A program made the position numbers and the translations under genes. This document shows, in pieces, positions 53,380 to 61,941 of a stretch of DNA of 63,743 nt. Positions within the stretch are counted from its first letter, which is position 1. Each line of letters opens with the position of its first letter. Source of the stretch: a virus (lineage: Duplodnaviria; Caudoviricetes); the IMG/VR virus record IMGVR_UViG_3300050014_000315, positions 1 to 63,743 of that record; one strand, given 5' to 3'. The notes beneath the pieces are model-generated. The model saw nothing but the letters and a program-made list of their open reading frames with translations, was not told where the DNA came from and did not search any database.

Positions 53380-54689
53380 TGGTTTGGCGTGGGACATTCC
53401 ACAAATCACGAAAGGGGAGACGGATGTCGGTGACAACCTGTTTTCTACACTGGAATCCGCATAGCCACAATATGAGGGTCGTAGCGGGGAAGCCTATACA
53501 GCCCGAAGTCTGCCCGCGTTGCGGTGTGGAAAACCCGCGCGTCTACAAGCACGACCAGCAAGACCAGACGTTCATGGACACGCCCATGCACGGCAAGCGT
53601 GTCGGTATCCAGGTCGTTCGCCAGCGGTGGCGTTGCCTGGAGTGCGGCAAGACCTTCCAGCAACTCCTGCCAGAGATGGATGAGAAGCGGAATATGACGC
53701 GGCGCCTGGTGGACTACATCCAGCAGCACTCCCTGGTCCGAACGTTCACCGAAGTGGCTGACGACGTGGGAGTCAACGAGAAGACCGTCCGGAATGTCTT
53801 CCGCGAGTACGTTGCACTGCTGGAGGAAGACCGCGAGATTGAGACGCCAACATGGCTGGGCATTGACGAACTGTTCCTGATCCGGAAGCCGCGGTGCATC
53901 TTCACCGACGTGAAGAAACGATCCATCGTTGACTTGCTGGCCAAGCGGGACAAGCTGACGGTCTCCAAATGGCTCACAAACCTACCCCATAAGGCCACAG
54001 TTGAAGTGGTGACCATGGATATGTGGAAGCCCTACCGGGACGCGGCACAGGCACTCCTGCCGGCCGCCAAGGTGGTCGTAGACAAGTTCCACGTCGTCAA
54101 GATGGCAAACAAGTGCTTGGACGATACCAGGAAGCGACTGCGGGCCGATATGACCACTGCTGACCGGCGCAAACTCATGCGTGACCGGCATATCATCCTG
54201 AAACGCGAGAAGGACTTGGACGTGATGGACCACGCGGCCATGGAAGTGTGGACCGGAATGTTGCCGGAACTTTACTACGGCTACCAGGCCAAGGAACGGT
54301 TCTTTGGCGTCTACGACGCACCAGACCGCAAGGAAGGGCAGGAACGATACGACGCTTGGCTGGGCAGTCTGGACATGCTCACGCGCGTGAACTTCAAGGA
54401 ACTCATCACTGCCTGCGAGAACTGGAAGCCGGAGATCCTGAACTACTTCGGGACCGGCGCGACGAACGCCTACACGGAAGCCGCCAACGGGCTGGCCAAG
54501 ATAGCGAACCGCAACGGAAGCGGCTACTCGTTCGAGGCGATACGCGCCAAGATCATCTACGGTAGTTCGGTCAAACGCGGCAAGTTCGGCGAGTCGTGCG
54601 TGGACGAGGAAATCTTCGCGGAACTCACGCGCCCGGTTGTGGAAACTCCACAGCCGACCGAAGAAGAGGAGACAGAAGGTGGTCAGTGA
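53379..54689 (+). CDS. ISL3-family transposase (body; native N-terminus displaced to 51668)
   Basis: CPRC...RWRCLECGKTF, LGIDE, TMDMWKPY, DKFHVV, TNAYTEAAN. Confidence 0.93.
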   Translation: MVWRGTFHKSRKGRRMSVTTCFLHWNPHSHNMRVVAGKPIQPEVCPRCGVENPRVYKHDQQDQTFMDTPMHGKRVGIQVVRQRWRCLECGKTFQQLLPEMDEKRNMTRRLVDYIQQHSLVRTFTEVADDVGVNEKTVRNVFREYVALLEEDREIETPTWLGIDELFLIRKPRCIFTDVKKRSIVDLLAKRDKLTVSKWLTNLPHKATVEVVTMDMWKPYRDAAQALLPAAKVVVDKFHVVKMANKCLDDTRKRLRADMTTADRRKLMRDRHIILKREKDLDVMDHAAMEVWTGMLPELYYGYQAKERFFGVYDAPDRKEGQERYDAWLGSLDMLTRVNFKELITACENWKPEILNYFGTGATNAYTEAANGLAKIANRNGSGYSFEAIRAKIIYGSSVKRGKFGESCVDEEIFAELTRPVVETPQPTEEEETEGGQ

Positions 54690-54719
54690 CTTTCACCACT
54701 CAAATCCGAATAGCCGGAA

Positions 54720-55166
54720 TTATTTGACTCCGATGATCGTGAGCAATGACTTGTTCTTCTTCGGTTGGACTGTTTTCGCCGCCGCACTCGCTGCCGCGAT
54801 GGCTTCGCGATTTCGGGAGATCCCCGCGCGGTTATCGGCGTCTGACTGCCTGTTCCGTAACTCTGCCCGGTCGGTGCGTTCATCCACGATGGTCCGGTAC
54901 TGGGTGAGTTCGATTGCCAGCCGATTGAAGCCGTCAGCCATCGCTTCATTGGCGTTGATCTGCCGCAGGTTGATGCCGTCCTGGTTTATTTTGGCGGTCT
55001 CCAACGCGGCAAGGCGGGCGTTCTGCTGGCCTTGCCAGTATCCGGCGGCGGAGACTACCCCGGCCACGGAAAATAAGTAGGAGGCTAGGGTGAGCATCAG
55101 CGCGAGTAGGCTGATATTCACCCCTCCGGGAATCTTCGTAATTACTGGCTCGCTGTGGTGGTTCAT
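54720..55166 (-). CDS. Membrane-anchored coiled-coil protein (lysis-region, holin/spanin-like)
   Basis: One TM segment ISLLALMLTLASYLFSVAGVVSAAGYW then helical. Confidence 0.5.
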   Translation of the reverse strand: MNHHSEPVITKIPGGVNISLLALMLTLASYLFSVAGVVSAAGYWQGQQNARLAALETAKINQDGINLRQINANEAMADGFNRLAIELTQYRTIVDERTDRAELRNRQSDADNRAGISRNREAIAAASAAAKTVQPKKNKSLLTIIGVK

Positions 55167-55210
55167 ATTCTCCCTTCTGGCATCTGTATCGCCGCCGAAT
55201 CTGGTAATCA

Positions 55211-55426
55211 TTACTTACTAGCCTGGTCCTTACTGGGGGGCGCATTCACGCCCGAAACATTCGAGTCTTTCCCGAAGATTCCCAAACTAGCGAATCCTCC
55301 GGCCATGACGAACGCAGCGGTTACGATCGCCCACTTAGGGAGAGGTACGCCTGCCGTGCTCAGAGCCAGCACCAGCCCGGCGCCGGATGAAACAAATCCC
55401 GATAGAGTCGTTTTCCAAGATCGCAT
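55211..55426 (-). CDS. Putative holin
   Basis: 71 aa; MRSWKTTLSG, two TM segments, FGKDSNV; RBS AGGAG. Confidence 0.7.
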   Translation of the reverse strand: MRSWKTTLSGFVSSGAGLVLALSTAGVPLPKWAIVTAAFVMAGGFASLGIFGKDSNVSGVNAPPSKDQASK

Positions 55427-55434
55427 GGTTTCTC

Positions 55435-55965
55435 CTACGGCTTGAACGAAATTCCGATGCGCGGAATCAGGTTCCACGCGCCGTTGATATATACCCCGCC
55501 CAGCGGTACCACTACGGCCCACTGCGGCTTGAAACGGTAGATAATGGTCGCCTGGAAGCTCCCGGCCAGCGATACGTTCACGCCGCTTGGTTGCGCCTGG
55601 CTGAAACCCGCGCCCGCATCGCCGCCGATCAGAAACCGCCAGTTGCCGGCGGCGTAGACCTGTTTGTGAACGCCCTGGCGCACGCTGGAACTGAAGCCCC
55701 AGTACACGCGTTTGGTAATCGGGTCGATGATTTGCACCGGCGCAATATCCGTGCTGGTGCTCAGATACAGCCCGAGCGAACTGGCGACCGGGTACACAGC
55801 GGAAGCAAACAAGTTCACGCGCGGATTGCCGATCTGGTTGAAACTCGCGCCGGCGGAAATGTACGTCGGCATGGCAACCGTGGCGACGGTGGGCGCGATG
55901 GGTGTAACGGTCTGCGCCGCCGCCGTGAGGCAGAGGCACGCGAATAGAGCGGTGATCGTTTTCAT
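55435..55965 (-). CDS. Secreted outer-membrane beta-barrel-like protein
   Basis: Signal peptide MKTITALFACLCLTAAA; alternating beta strands; ends RIGISFKP. Confidence 0.6.
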   Translation of the reverse strand: MKTITALFACLCLTAAAQTVTPIAPTVATVAMPTYISAGASFNQIGNPRVNLFASAVYPVASSLGLYLSTSTDIAPVQIIDPITKRVYWGFSSSVRQGVHKQVYAAGNWRFLIGGDAGAGFSQAQPSGVNVSLAGSFQATIIYRFKPQWAVVVPLGGVYINGAWNLIPRIGISFKP

Positions 55966-55975
55966 AAGTCTCCTA

Positions 55976-56278
55976 TTATCCGTCCGCTGGAAGATCCGGC
56001 AGGCGTTCTATTGTGACCCGCACATGGGAACCACAGTAACTTGTCAAATGGCCGTTGATGGCTATGGTTGTTTGCAACTCCACAGCATTGTCGGGCCACA
56101 AACAACCCATCCGGGAATCGTCCTGCCTTACCGTTCCATGGATCTCGCGTATTCCAAAAATGGTTTTCTTGGGTAGAACTACGCCTTCGACGACGGTCTT
56201 CGTTACCCACGGTTCAGGTTCATTGCAGTGAGCGTTCAGCCACGCCATCGAATCATTGGAGAGTTCAATCGTTTCCAC
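55976..56278 (-). CDS. Hypothetical protein
   Basis: RBS AAGGAG; GTG start. Confidence 0.55.
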   Translation of the reverse strand: METIELSNDSMAWLNAHCNEPEPWVTKTVVEGVVLPKKTIFGIREIHGTVRQDDSRMGCLWPDNAVELQTTIAINGHLTSYCGSHVRVTIERLPDLPADG

Positions 56279-56286
56279 GAGTCTCC

Positions 56287-56532
56287 TTATTTGGGCGCGA
56301 ACGTTGCGAGCGGACTCTGCTGGGCGGCCGCCTGCATTTCTTCCTTGAGCTTGTCGAACGCGAGCAACATCACGCGAACCTGCACGGTCAGCCCGGCCAG
56401 ATGGTCCACCGCGTTCAACGAGATGACTTGATAGGTGTCGCCGCCGTCGTATCCCACGTGGCTCAGGTACTTCTGGGACTTGACAGATTCGGCACGTAGT
56501 TTTTCCACTTCGATGGTGAATTGGTTTGGCAT
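56287..56532 (-). CDS. Hypothetical protein
   Basis: RBS AGGAG; MPNQFTIEV. Confidence 0.55.
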   Translation of the reverse strand: MPNQFTIEVEKLRAESVKSQKYLSHVGYDGGDTYQVISLNAVDHLAGLTVQVRVMLLAFDKLKEEMQAAAQQSPLATFAPK

Positions 56533-56533
56533 T

Positions 56534-56830
56534 TCACTCCTTTGGTTTGAGCCGTACCTCAACCGAGGCCCCTCCATTAAGCGCCGCGAGGAAGGTCGTT
56601 ATCTGATCGGCCATTCGCGCGAATGGCGCGATGTCATGGGCGGCCTTGTCCTCAGTGGCTTCTACGCCCAAGATGGCAGCCGAGATGAGATTCGTCTGCT
56701 GCAACATCAGGTTGTTGACCTCGGCACGGATTCCGGCTTGGAGCGCCGGGATTATCTCGGCCTTCAGACGGTCCAACATCGGGTCGATGGTGTCCGTGTC
56801 GAAATCTTTTGCGCTGATTCCTATTCCCAT
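56534..56830 (-). CDS. Hypothetical helical protein
   Basis: RBS GGAG. Confidence 0.55.
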   Translation of the reverse strand: MGIGISAKDFDTDTIDPMLDRLKAEIIPALQAGIRAEVNNLMLQQTNLISAAILGVEATEDKAAHDIAPFARMADQITTFLAALNGGASVEVRLKPKE

Positions 56831-56881
56831 ATAATCTCCATTTTACTGCACCGCCACGCCGCGCTCCAGCAGCTTTGGATT

Positions 56882-59800
56882 TCACGGGATCACCACACTT
56901 GGTATCCTGGCCGCCATATCCGCCCGCGCCGCCGCAACTTCGCCGATCAACTCCACGTCACTCAATGCGCGCGGGAACACCGCCAGTTCCCCAAGCGTGC
57001 CGTAGAACGGCTGCGTTCCACCGGCCAGCGAGCCAAGCGTGATCGCCCCCGTCAATGATGACGAATCACTCACCGTCCCGAGGGCCGTGAATGTGCCGTT
57101 CGCCGCGATTCCAGCGCTGCTGTAGATCGTCGTCGTCGATCCGCTGCGCCGCAGAATCATCGTGGCGAAACTGCCATCCGTCGTAAGCGAAAAGGCGCTT
57201 GACGTTGTGCTGCCGATCTTGACCTTCCAGGAATTCGCCGTAGTGGAATTCCTGGAGATTGTAATTTTGCCCGCCTTGTCTAGCGGTGTTTCTGCACTCG
57301 GAATCGTCCCATTCGAATCGTGCTCGAAGGTAAGCAACAACGTGAAGTCGGTCGCCAGCGTGGCGTTGTACCCCGTTGTGATTGTCACCGTCTGCTGACT
57401 GCCATAACTGGCAGCCATCGGAAAGCCGAAGCCATTCATGCCCTGCCCGCTATACGACATGTTGGCGAGTCCGGTCGTGTTGTACGTACCGGGAATCGAG
57501 GCCGCATTCGAAAGCACCGTAGACATGGAGGCCGACGTGAAGGCGTAGAGCAAATCCGGCACAATGGCGTGCTGCCCGCGCCCGTTGCCAAAGTACTGGC
57601 GCGCTACTGCCGATGTGCGCGGAGCGAAGATCAGATCTCGGTACGTTGGGCTGTAACGATCCACGTCCGGATTCGTATAGTCCTGCTGGACATAGCTGCC
57701 CGTAGTACTCATGCGAACGCGCGCCGTACCGTTGCCGAGGTCTACATAGCTTGGCCGGATCAGATCCGGAAATACTGGGTAGTATAGTGGGTGAGTCACC
57801 GGGTCTTTGGGAATTGTGTACACCACTACCGCATCGTTCCAGGACCAAGGGTACCTCCCAAGGTCATAAATCAGAATCGAGCCTCCCTGATCTAAAGACG
57901 TAGAATTCGGGTTGGCATAGCTGATTGCCCCCCATCGATTAAACGGAGATCCAAGCCAGAATATCTTGGTGCGCCTACCGAGATTAAGAACGGTGCCAAT
58001 GCTGGCATCGTACGTGGTCCAATTGGAATCTAGCAACCCATCAGACCCGCTGCCACTACCGGTGTAGACCTGATACCGTCCTGCGAACTGGGATGCCTCC
58101 GTGATCGCTATGTCCTCGACACGAACCCTCACGATCCAATTTCCAATATTTCCCACCGAGGGGGTGAGCGCAGATCCATACACCCATCCATCGGTGCCAA
58201 CGTTATGAGGGCAGGTAAATTGCGTACCCGCCGTTCCACCCCAATCCTGGCAAAAGTTTGCAGCCTGCCATGCCAGCGCAAGAGTCGTGGAACATCCTAC
58301 TGCTGTGGTTGGATAGTCGTAATTTCCTTGCCCTGCGCCAGTGAAGGTCGAACCACTCACACTTGGTCCAGTATTACTCTGAGGCCCAATTGTAGTGGAC
58401 CAGTGATCTGCCGTCTTCTCAACGACCGTGCAAGCCGCCGATCCGCCAGCACGCGGCAGATACTGGTACATCTTCCCGCGCACAGAGACCAGGCCCTCCG
58501 CGTAGGACCTGCCGCCATCTGCGGTGTACGTCGTTGGATGATTATTGCCTCCAGATGTCGTGCCACCGGTGTTGTTCGACCCCGTGGTGTTGCCCAGTTG
58601 GGTCGCGGTAAGGCCATCCGCACTCAGTTTGCCTACGCCAACTGAATTGAAACAGCAGGACAACGCACCCACGTAATCGTTGCCGTTCACGTACCAGTTA
58701 CCATCGTCGGCCATGGTGCCGAAGAGGGTATCGCTATTGTATGATCGCCCGTTGCTGGGCATCCCGTTCTTACCCGTCCCCTGATCGTCGTAGTAAATCG
58801 GGTTACCGTAGCTGGCCACCGTGAACGGCACGCTGGTCAGCGCGGCGGGGGTCGCTACCCCAGTTGTCTCGTAGCTGATCGTTGTGGTTCCACTAGTGTC
58901 CACCGACGACGCAAAGCAGTAGTACGTCGTGCTCGGATTCGGTACCACAACCGCGATGGAGTGCGAGGTTACACCGTAGTAGGTATCGCCGGCTTTGACG
59001 GCATCCACAACCGGTGTGGCATACGAATACGGTCCACCGGATACCGTGCCGCACGAGCCCTGCGAGGACTGCTTAGTCCCGGTCGTCCATGTCAGGAGGA
59101 CCGAATTCGCCGTCACCGCCGTGGCCGTTGCCGAAAAACTCGGAGAGATGTTGTTGGTCTGCTCCGACCCGAACGTCACGTACGTGCCAGGAGCATGTTG
59201 ATTTCGGTACTCCGTCATGATCCAATCAGCCGATCTCGCAATTTCGGTGGAATGGCGAAATTCATCTACCGTAGCAGGGTGAAAAGCCAGATCAAATGAC
59301 TGGCCTAATCTAGCTGGTGAAAAAACAGTAAAAGTGCCGCAACCGGATTGGCTCGCAGCTTGCGTTCCGTCCACATATAACCGGCACATACCATCAATAT
59401 TGGTATATGTCGCTACGGCGTAATGCCATGTGCCATCGGCAATGGCGGGAGATGAGCTGTCAACTGTGACCACTAACATGATACTCCGCAAATAATTGGT
59501 CCCGGCAACAGTGTACATGAGCATCCCGACATTTCGCTGGTCCACCAATACGTTGGTGTTGGCGGAAGACCCAGAGAACCATATGGATGTCGTGTAGCTT
59601 GATGTGGACGGAACTGCCGTGGAATAGATCACATTCTGATTTGTGCCGTTAAAACTCTGACCTTTCCCCAGCGTTCCAGCACCGAACGCTCCAGTCACCT
59701 GCGTTGATAAATTCGTAGTGCTATTGTAACCACTCTTTACATCGATAGCTTGAGCGTTCGATGCTTCATCCAAGTGCGAGACGATCACGTAGTTTGAGTC

Positions 59801-60214
59801 CCACGCGCTTGCTCGCGTGCTCTGGTAAGTCGAAACGCCGGAGTTCCCGTAGTACATCGAGACCAGCACGTCCGATCCGTGAGTAAGCGTGCCGATCTTG
59901 ACGTGGATTTCCGCCGTCCCAGCTGAATACGACACCAGATCCCACAGCAACGCAGAACCGGAGCCGGAGCAGGAAGTCGAATTATCAAACACGATGTCGA
60001 AGCCGCTGGCGTTCAGGACGTGGGCGGATAGATTGGAGTCCGCAGCCGGGTTGATGAGTGCCGTGAAATTGGAGAGGTCGGCGGAGCCGCTGACCATCCC
60101 GCCAGACCCACCGTTGTAGGTTTTGATGGTCACCACCTTGCAGTACGTGTACCCGTTGGGGTACGCGCCCCATGCCGCAGTCGCCAGGGCTAATGAGCAG
60201 AGCAAGCGTCTCAT
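56882..60214 (-). CDS. Large adhesin/fibre-like protein (DUF2341-like, LamG, FN3-like, propeller-like, LamG) with signal peptide
   Basis: MRRLLCSLALATAAWG; MYYGNS; DGTWHYAVATY..LYVDG; ARSADWIMTEYRNQ; PSTTYY; FYGTLGELAVFPRALS. Confidence 0.75.
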   Translation of the reverse strand: MRRLLCSLALATAAWGAYPNGYTYCKVVTIKTYNGGSGGMVSGSADLSNFTALINPAADSNLSAHVLNASGFDIVFDNSTSCSGSGSALLWDLVSYSAGTAEIHVKIGTLTHGSDVLVSMYYGNSGVSTYQSTRASAWDSNYVIVSHLDEASNAQAIDVKSGYNSTTNLSTQVTGAFGAGTLGKGQSFNGTNQNVIYSTAVPSTSSYTTSIWFSGSSANTNVLVDQRNVGMLMYTVAGTNYLRSIMLVVTVDSSSPAIADGTWHYAVATYTNIDGMCRLYVDGTQAASQSGCGTFTVFSPARLGQSFDLAFHPATVDEFRHSTEIARSADWIMTEYRNQHAPGTYVTFGSEQTNNISPSFSATATAVTANSVLLTWTTGTKQSSQGSCGTVSGGPYSYATPVVDAVKAGDTYYGVTSHSIAVVVPNPSTTYYCFASSVDTSGTTTISYETTGVATPAALTSVPFTVASYGNPIYYDDQGTGKNGMPSNGRSYNSDTLFGTMADDGNWYVNGNDYVGALSCCFNSVGVGKLSADGLTATQLGNTTGSNNTGGTTSGGNNHPTTYTADGGRSYAEGLVSVRGKMYQYLPRAGGSAACTVVEKTADHWSTTIGPQSNTGPSVSGSTFTGAGQGNYDYPTTAVGCSTTLALAWQAANFCQDWGGTAGTQFTCPHNVGTDGWVYGSALTPSVGNIGNWIVRVRVEDIAITEASQFAGRYQVYTGSGSGSDGLLDSNWTTYDASIGTVLNLGRRTKIFWLGSPFNRWGAISYANPNSTSLDQGGSILIYDLGRYPWSWNDAVVVYTIPKDPVTHPLYYPVFPDLIRPSYVDLGNGTARVRMSTTGSYVQQDYTNPDVDRYSPTYRDLIFAPRTSAVARQYFGNGRGQHAIVPDLLYAFTSASMSTVLSNAASIPGTYNTTGLANMSYSGQGMNGFGFPMAASYGSQQTVTITTGYNATLATDFTLLLTFEHDSNGTIPSAETPLDKAGKITISRNSTTANSWKVKIGSTTSSAFSLTTDGSFATMILRRSGSTTTIYSSAGIAANGTFTALGTVSDSSSLTGAITLGSLAGGTQPFYGTLGELAVFPRALSDVELIGEVAAARADMAARIPSVVIP

Positions 60215-61365
60215 TGAAGTGTCACCCCACAGATTCTAGTCGTAATCGAGCCCCCCGTCAGATTACTCAGATATCCGGCTGGATTAACGCTTGTGTTAAC
60301 CAGTTGGAGATACACGTCCTGGGTACCGGCTGCCGTGGTGGCAAGCGAGATACCGCCACCAGTCTCTGCGAATGCCGGACTACTCGCAGCCATCAACGGG
60401 AAGCTAGACTTATACCCGCACGGAGTACCGGTAGTCCCGATGCACGCCGCAAGCGCAGTAACGGCCGCGCCACCCGTCGTGCCGCTCACAGTCAAGGTAC
60501 TGGTTTCCTCTATTCGAAAAGAGCGTGGCGACCAGTATGCCGGACACGTAAAGAGCCGCACTTGGTACGAGGTCGCCGCTTGCCCGGAGTAGTCGGTGTA
60601 ACTCGACACCACTGTAGTACACGTCTCAGGAGCCGCGTAGGTTGTTGCGCCGCTATGCAGATTTGCATTGGCCGAAACCGGTAGGTCGGCTGTTACCAAA
60701 ACGCCGAAGGCGGGATCGGCCCCCGTGTGCCCTCGTAGCACTTGATTGTCCGCGCCTACCGCGATTCCCTTGGCGTCGGTGGCCGTTGTCCAAACAGGTA
60801 GTTGGTGGATTAAAGGTGTGCCGCTGGAGGTCACTGTTCCAGAACCCGCGCCGGATGCCCCAGTATCCCCACGCGGAATCGTGAAATTGAAAGTCGCAGC
60901 AGAGGACGAACCTGCGTTCGTGACTATCACGCTGGAGCCAGCCGCTCCTGTGGTCACTGTGCCTACCGCGATGGTCGCCGCCGCGCCGTTGGTGCCATTC
61001 GTCCCATTGGTTCCCGCCGCACCAATCCCGCCAGTCGTCGCGTAGCAGTTCAGCGTCTCGGGGGTTGCTACTCCGAAGACCGAGGAATTCGCGCCTGCCG
61101 TGGTCTGACTCACACTGACTGGCGCATTGCTGGAGCTATCGAAGCACCAGATCTGGTTAACCGCATTCCCCAAGTTGTGCGTACAGGTATTGGTGGCTCC
61201 CGTCGCGCTGATCGGGTTCTCCGTGCAGGCTTTCGGTGTTACCCCAGAACCGCTAGAACTACCAGGAGGGCATGTCATCATGCCCAGCAGCGGATCGTAC
61301 CACGGCTTGCATTGGCCGAAGGAGAACCCTGCGAAAATCACAAGCGAAATTAGAAGTTTGGTCAT
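60211..61365 (-). CDS. Fibre-like protein with signal peptide
   Basis: MTKLLISLVIFAGFSFG; GTNGTNG; ATIAVGTVTTG..TFNFTIPRGDTG; GSGTVTS. Confidence 0.7.
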   Translation of the reverse strand: MTKLLISLVIFAGFSFGQCKPWYDPLLGMMTCPPGSSSGSGVTPKACTENPISATGATNTCTHNLGNAVNQIWCFDSSSNAPVSVSQTTAGANSSVFGVATPETLNCYATTGGIGAAGTNGTNGTNGAAATIAVGTVTTGAAGSSVIVTNAGSSSAATFNFTIPRGDTGASGAGSGTVTSSGTPLIHQLPVWTTATDAKGIAVGADNQVLRGHTGADPAFGVLVTADLPVSANANLHSGATTYAAPETCTTVVSSYTDYSGQAATSYQVRLFTCPAYWSPRSFRIEETSTLTVSGTTGGAAVTALAACIGTTGTPCGYKSSFPLMAASSPAFAETGGGISLATTAAGTQDVYLQLVNTSVNPAGYLSNLTGGSITTRICGVTLQ

Positions 61366-61373
61366 AGAATCTC

Positions 61374-61934
61374 CTATTGATTGGTGGACGCCGTTGAACA
61401 GGCCAGCCCGTACCCCGTTCCCGTGCTCTCAAAAACCGTGCCGTCGAGCAGACTGCTGGAGTTCAGCGGCATCGCCAGAATGGCCCATCTCGTTGCCGTC
61501 AAGAGCGGAAACTTCGTGGTAATTACCAGCCCCGCATCCGTGTATGTGGCATCCGCTACCGCCGCCGTGGTGATTGTGTACGCCGTGCTGCTGGTGACAG
61601 ATCGGACGGTGTACGTTCCGTTTAGGTCCGTGTCCACTGTCGCGCCGGTGATCGTTACCCTCGCGCCAACGTACAGGCCATGCGCCGCCGAGGTGGTCAC
61701 CGTGCCAACATTGGCGGAAACTACAATATTGGTTAACGTGGAATTGCTCACCTTCTGCGTTGTGATAGGGCCAGCCTGCGGAGACTTGCAGACGAAGGTG
61801 ATATTGCCGCTCCCGTCGTAGAGCAGATGAGTCACAATTGGGCTGTTCGGGAACGCTCCCACTTGGTTAACGTCGGCGCCCCCTTGTGCAAAACAGGCGG
61901 CGGTGAGGATGAAGATTGCGAAGATCGTTTTCAT
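61374..61934 (-). CDS. Secreted protein with FCCH-like beta module
   Basis: MKTIFAIFILTAACFA; TTSAAHGLYVGARVTITG..LNGTYTV. Confidence 0.7.
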   Translation of the reverse strand: MKTIFAIFILTAACFAQGGADVNQVGAFPNSPIVTHLLYDGSGNITFVCKSPQAGPITTQKVSNSTLTNIVVSANVGTVTTSAAHGLYVGARVTITGATVDTDLNGTYTVRSVTSSTAYTITTAAVADATYTDAGLVITTKFPLLTATRWAILAMPLNSSSLLDGTVFESTGTGYGLACSTASTNQ

Positions 61935-61941
61935 GTGTCTC

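Larger units (their letters stand above)
51740..53466. mobile_element. Inner non-autonomous ISL3-type element (1727 bp) carrying a DNA methyltransferase
   Basis: TIRs GGCTATTCGGAAGACAGTGTGGAAA / rc GGCTATGCGGATTCCAGTGTAGAAA (20/25); 8-bp TSD ACAATATG at 51732-51739 and 53467-53474. Confidence 0.9.
50355..54715 (+). mobile_element. Outer ISL3-family cargo element (four passenger ORFs plus split transposase)
   Basis: Left end GGCTATGCGGAATCCAGTGTAGAATG; right end (rc) GGCTATTCGGATTTGAGTGGTGAAAG (19/26) abutting the transposase stop; no TSD. Confidence 0.7.

Noticed and set aside
50347-54723. TSD for the outer ISL3 element
   Set aside because: Flanking 8-mers differ (CAAATAGG vs GGAATTAT)
56882-60214. 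Diversity-generating retroelement target
   Set aside because: No reverse transcriptase and no template/variable repeat pair seen
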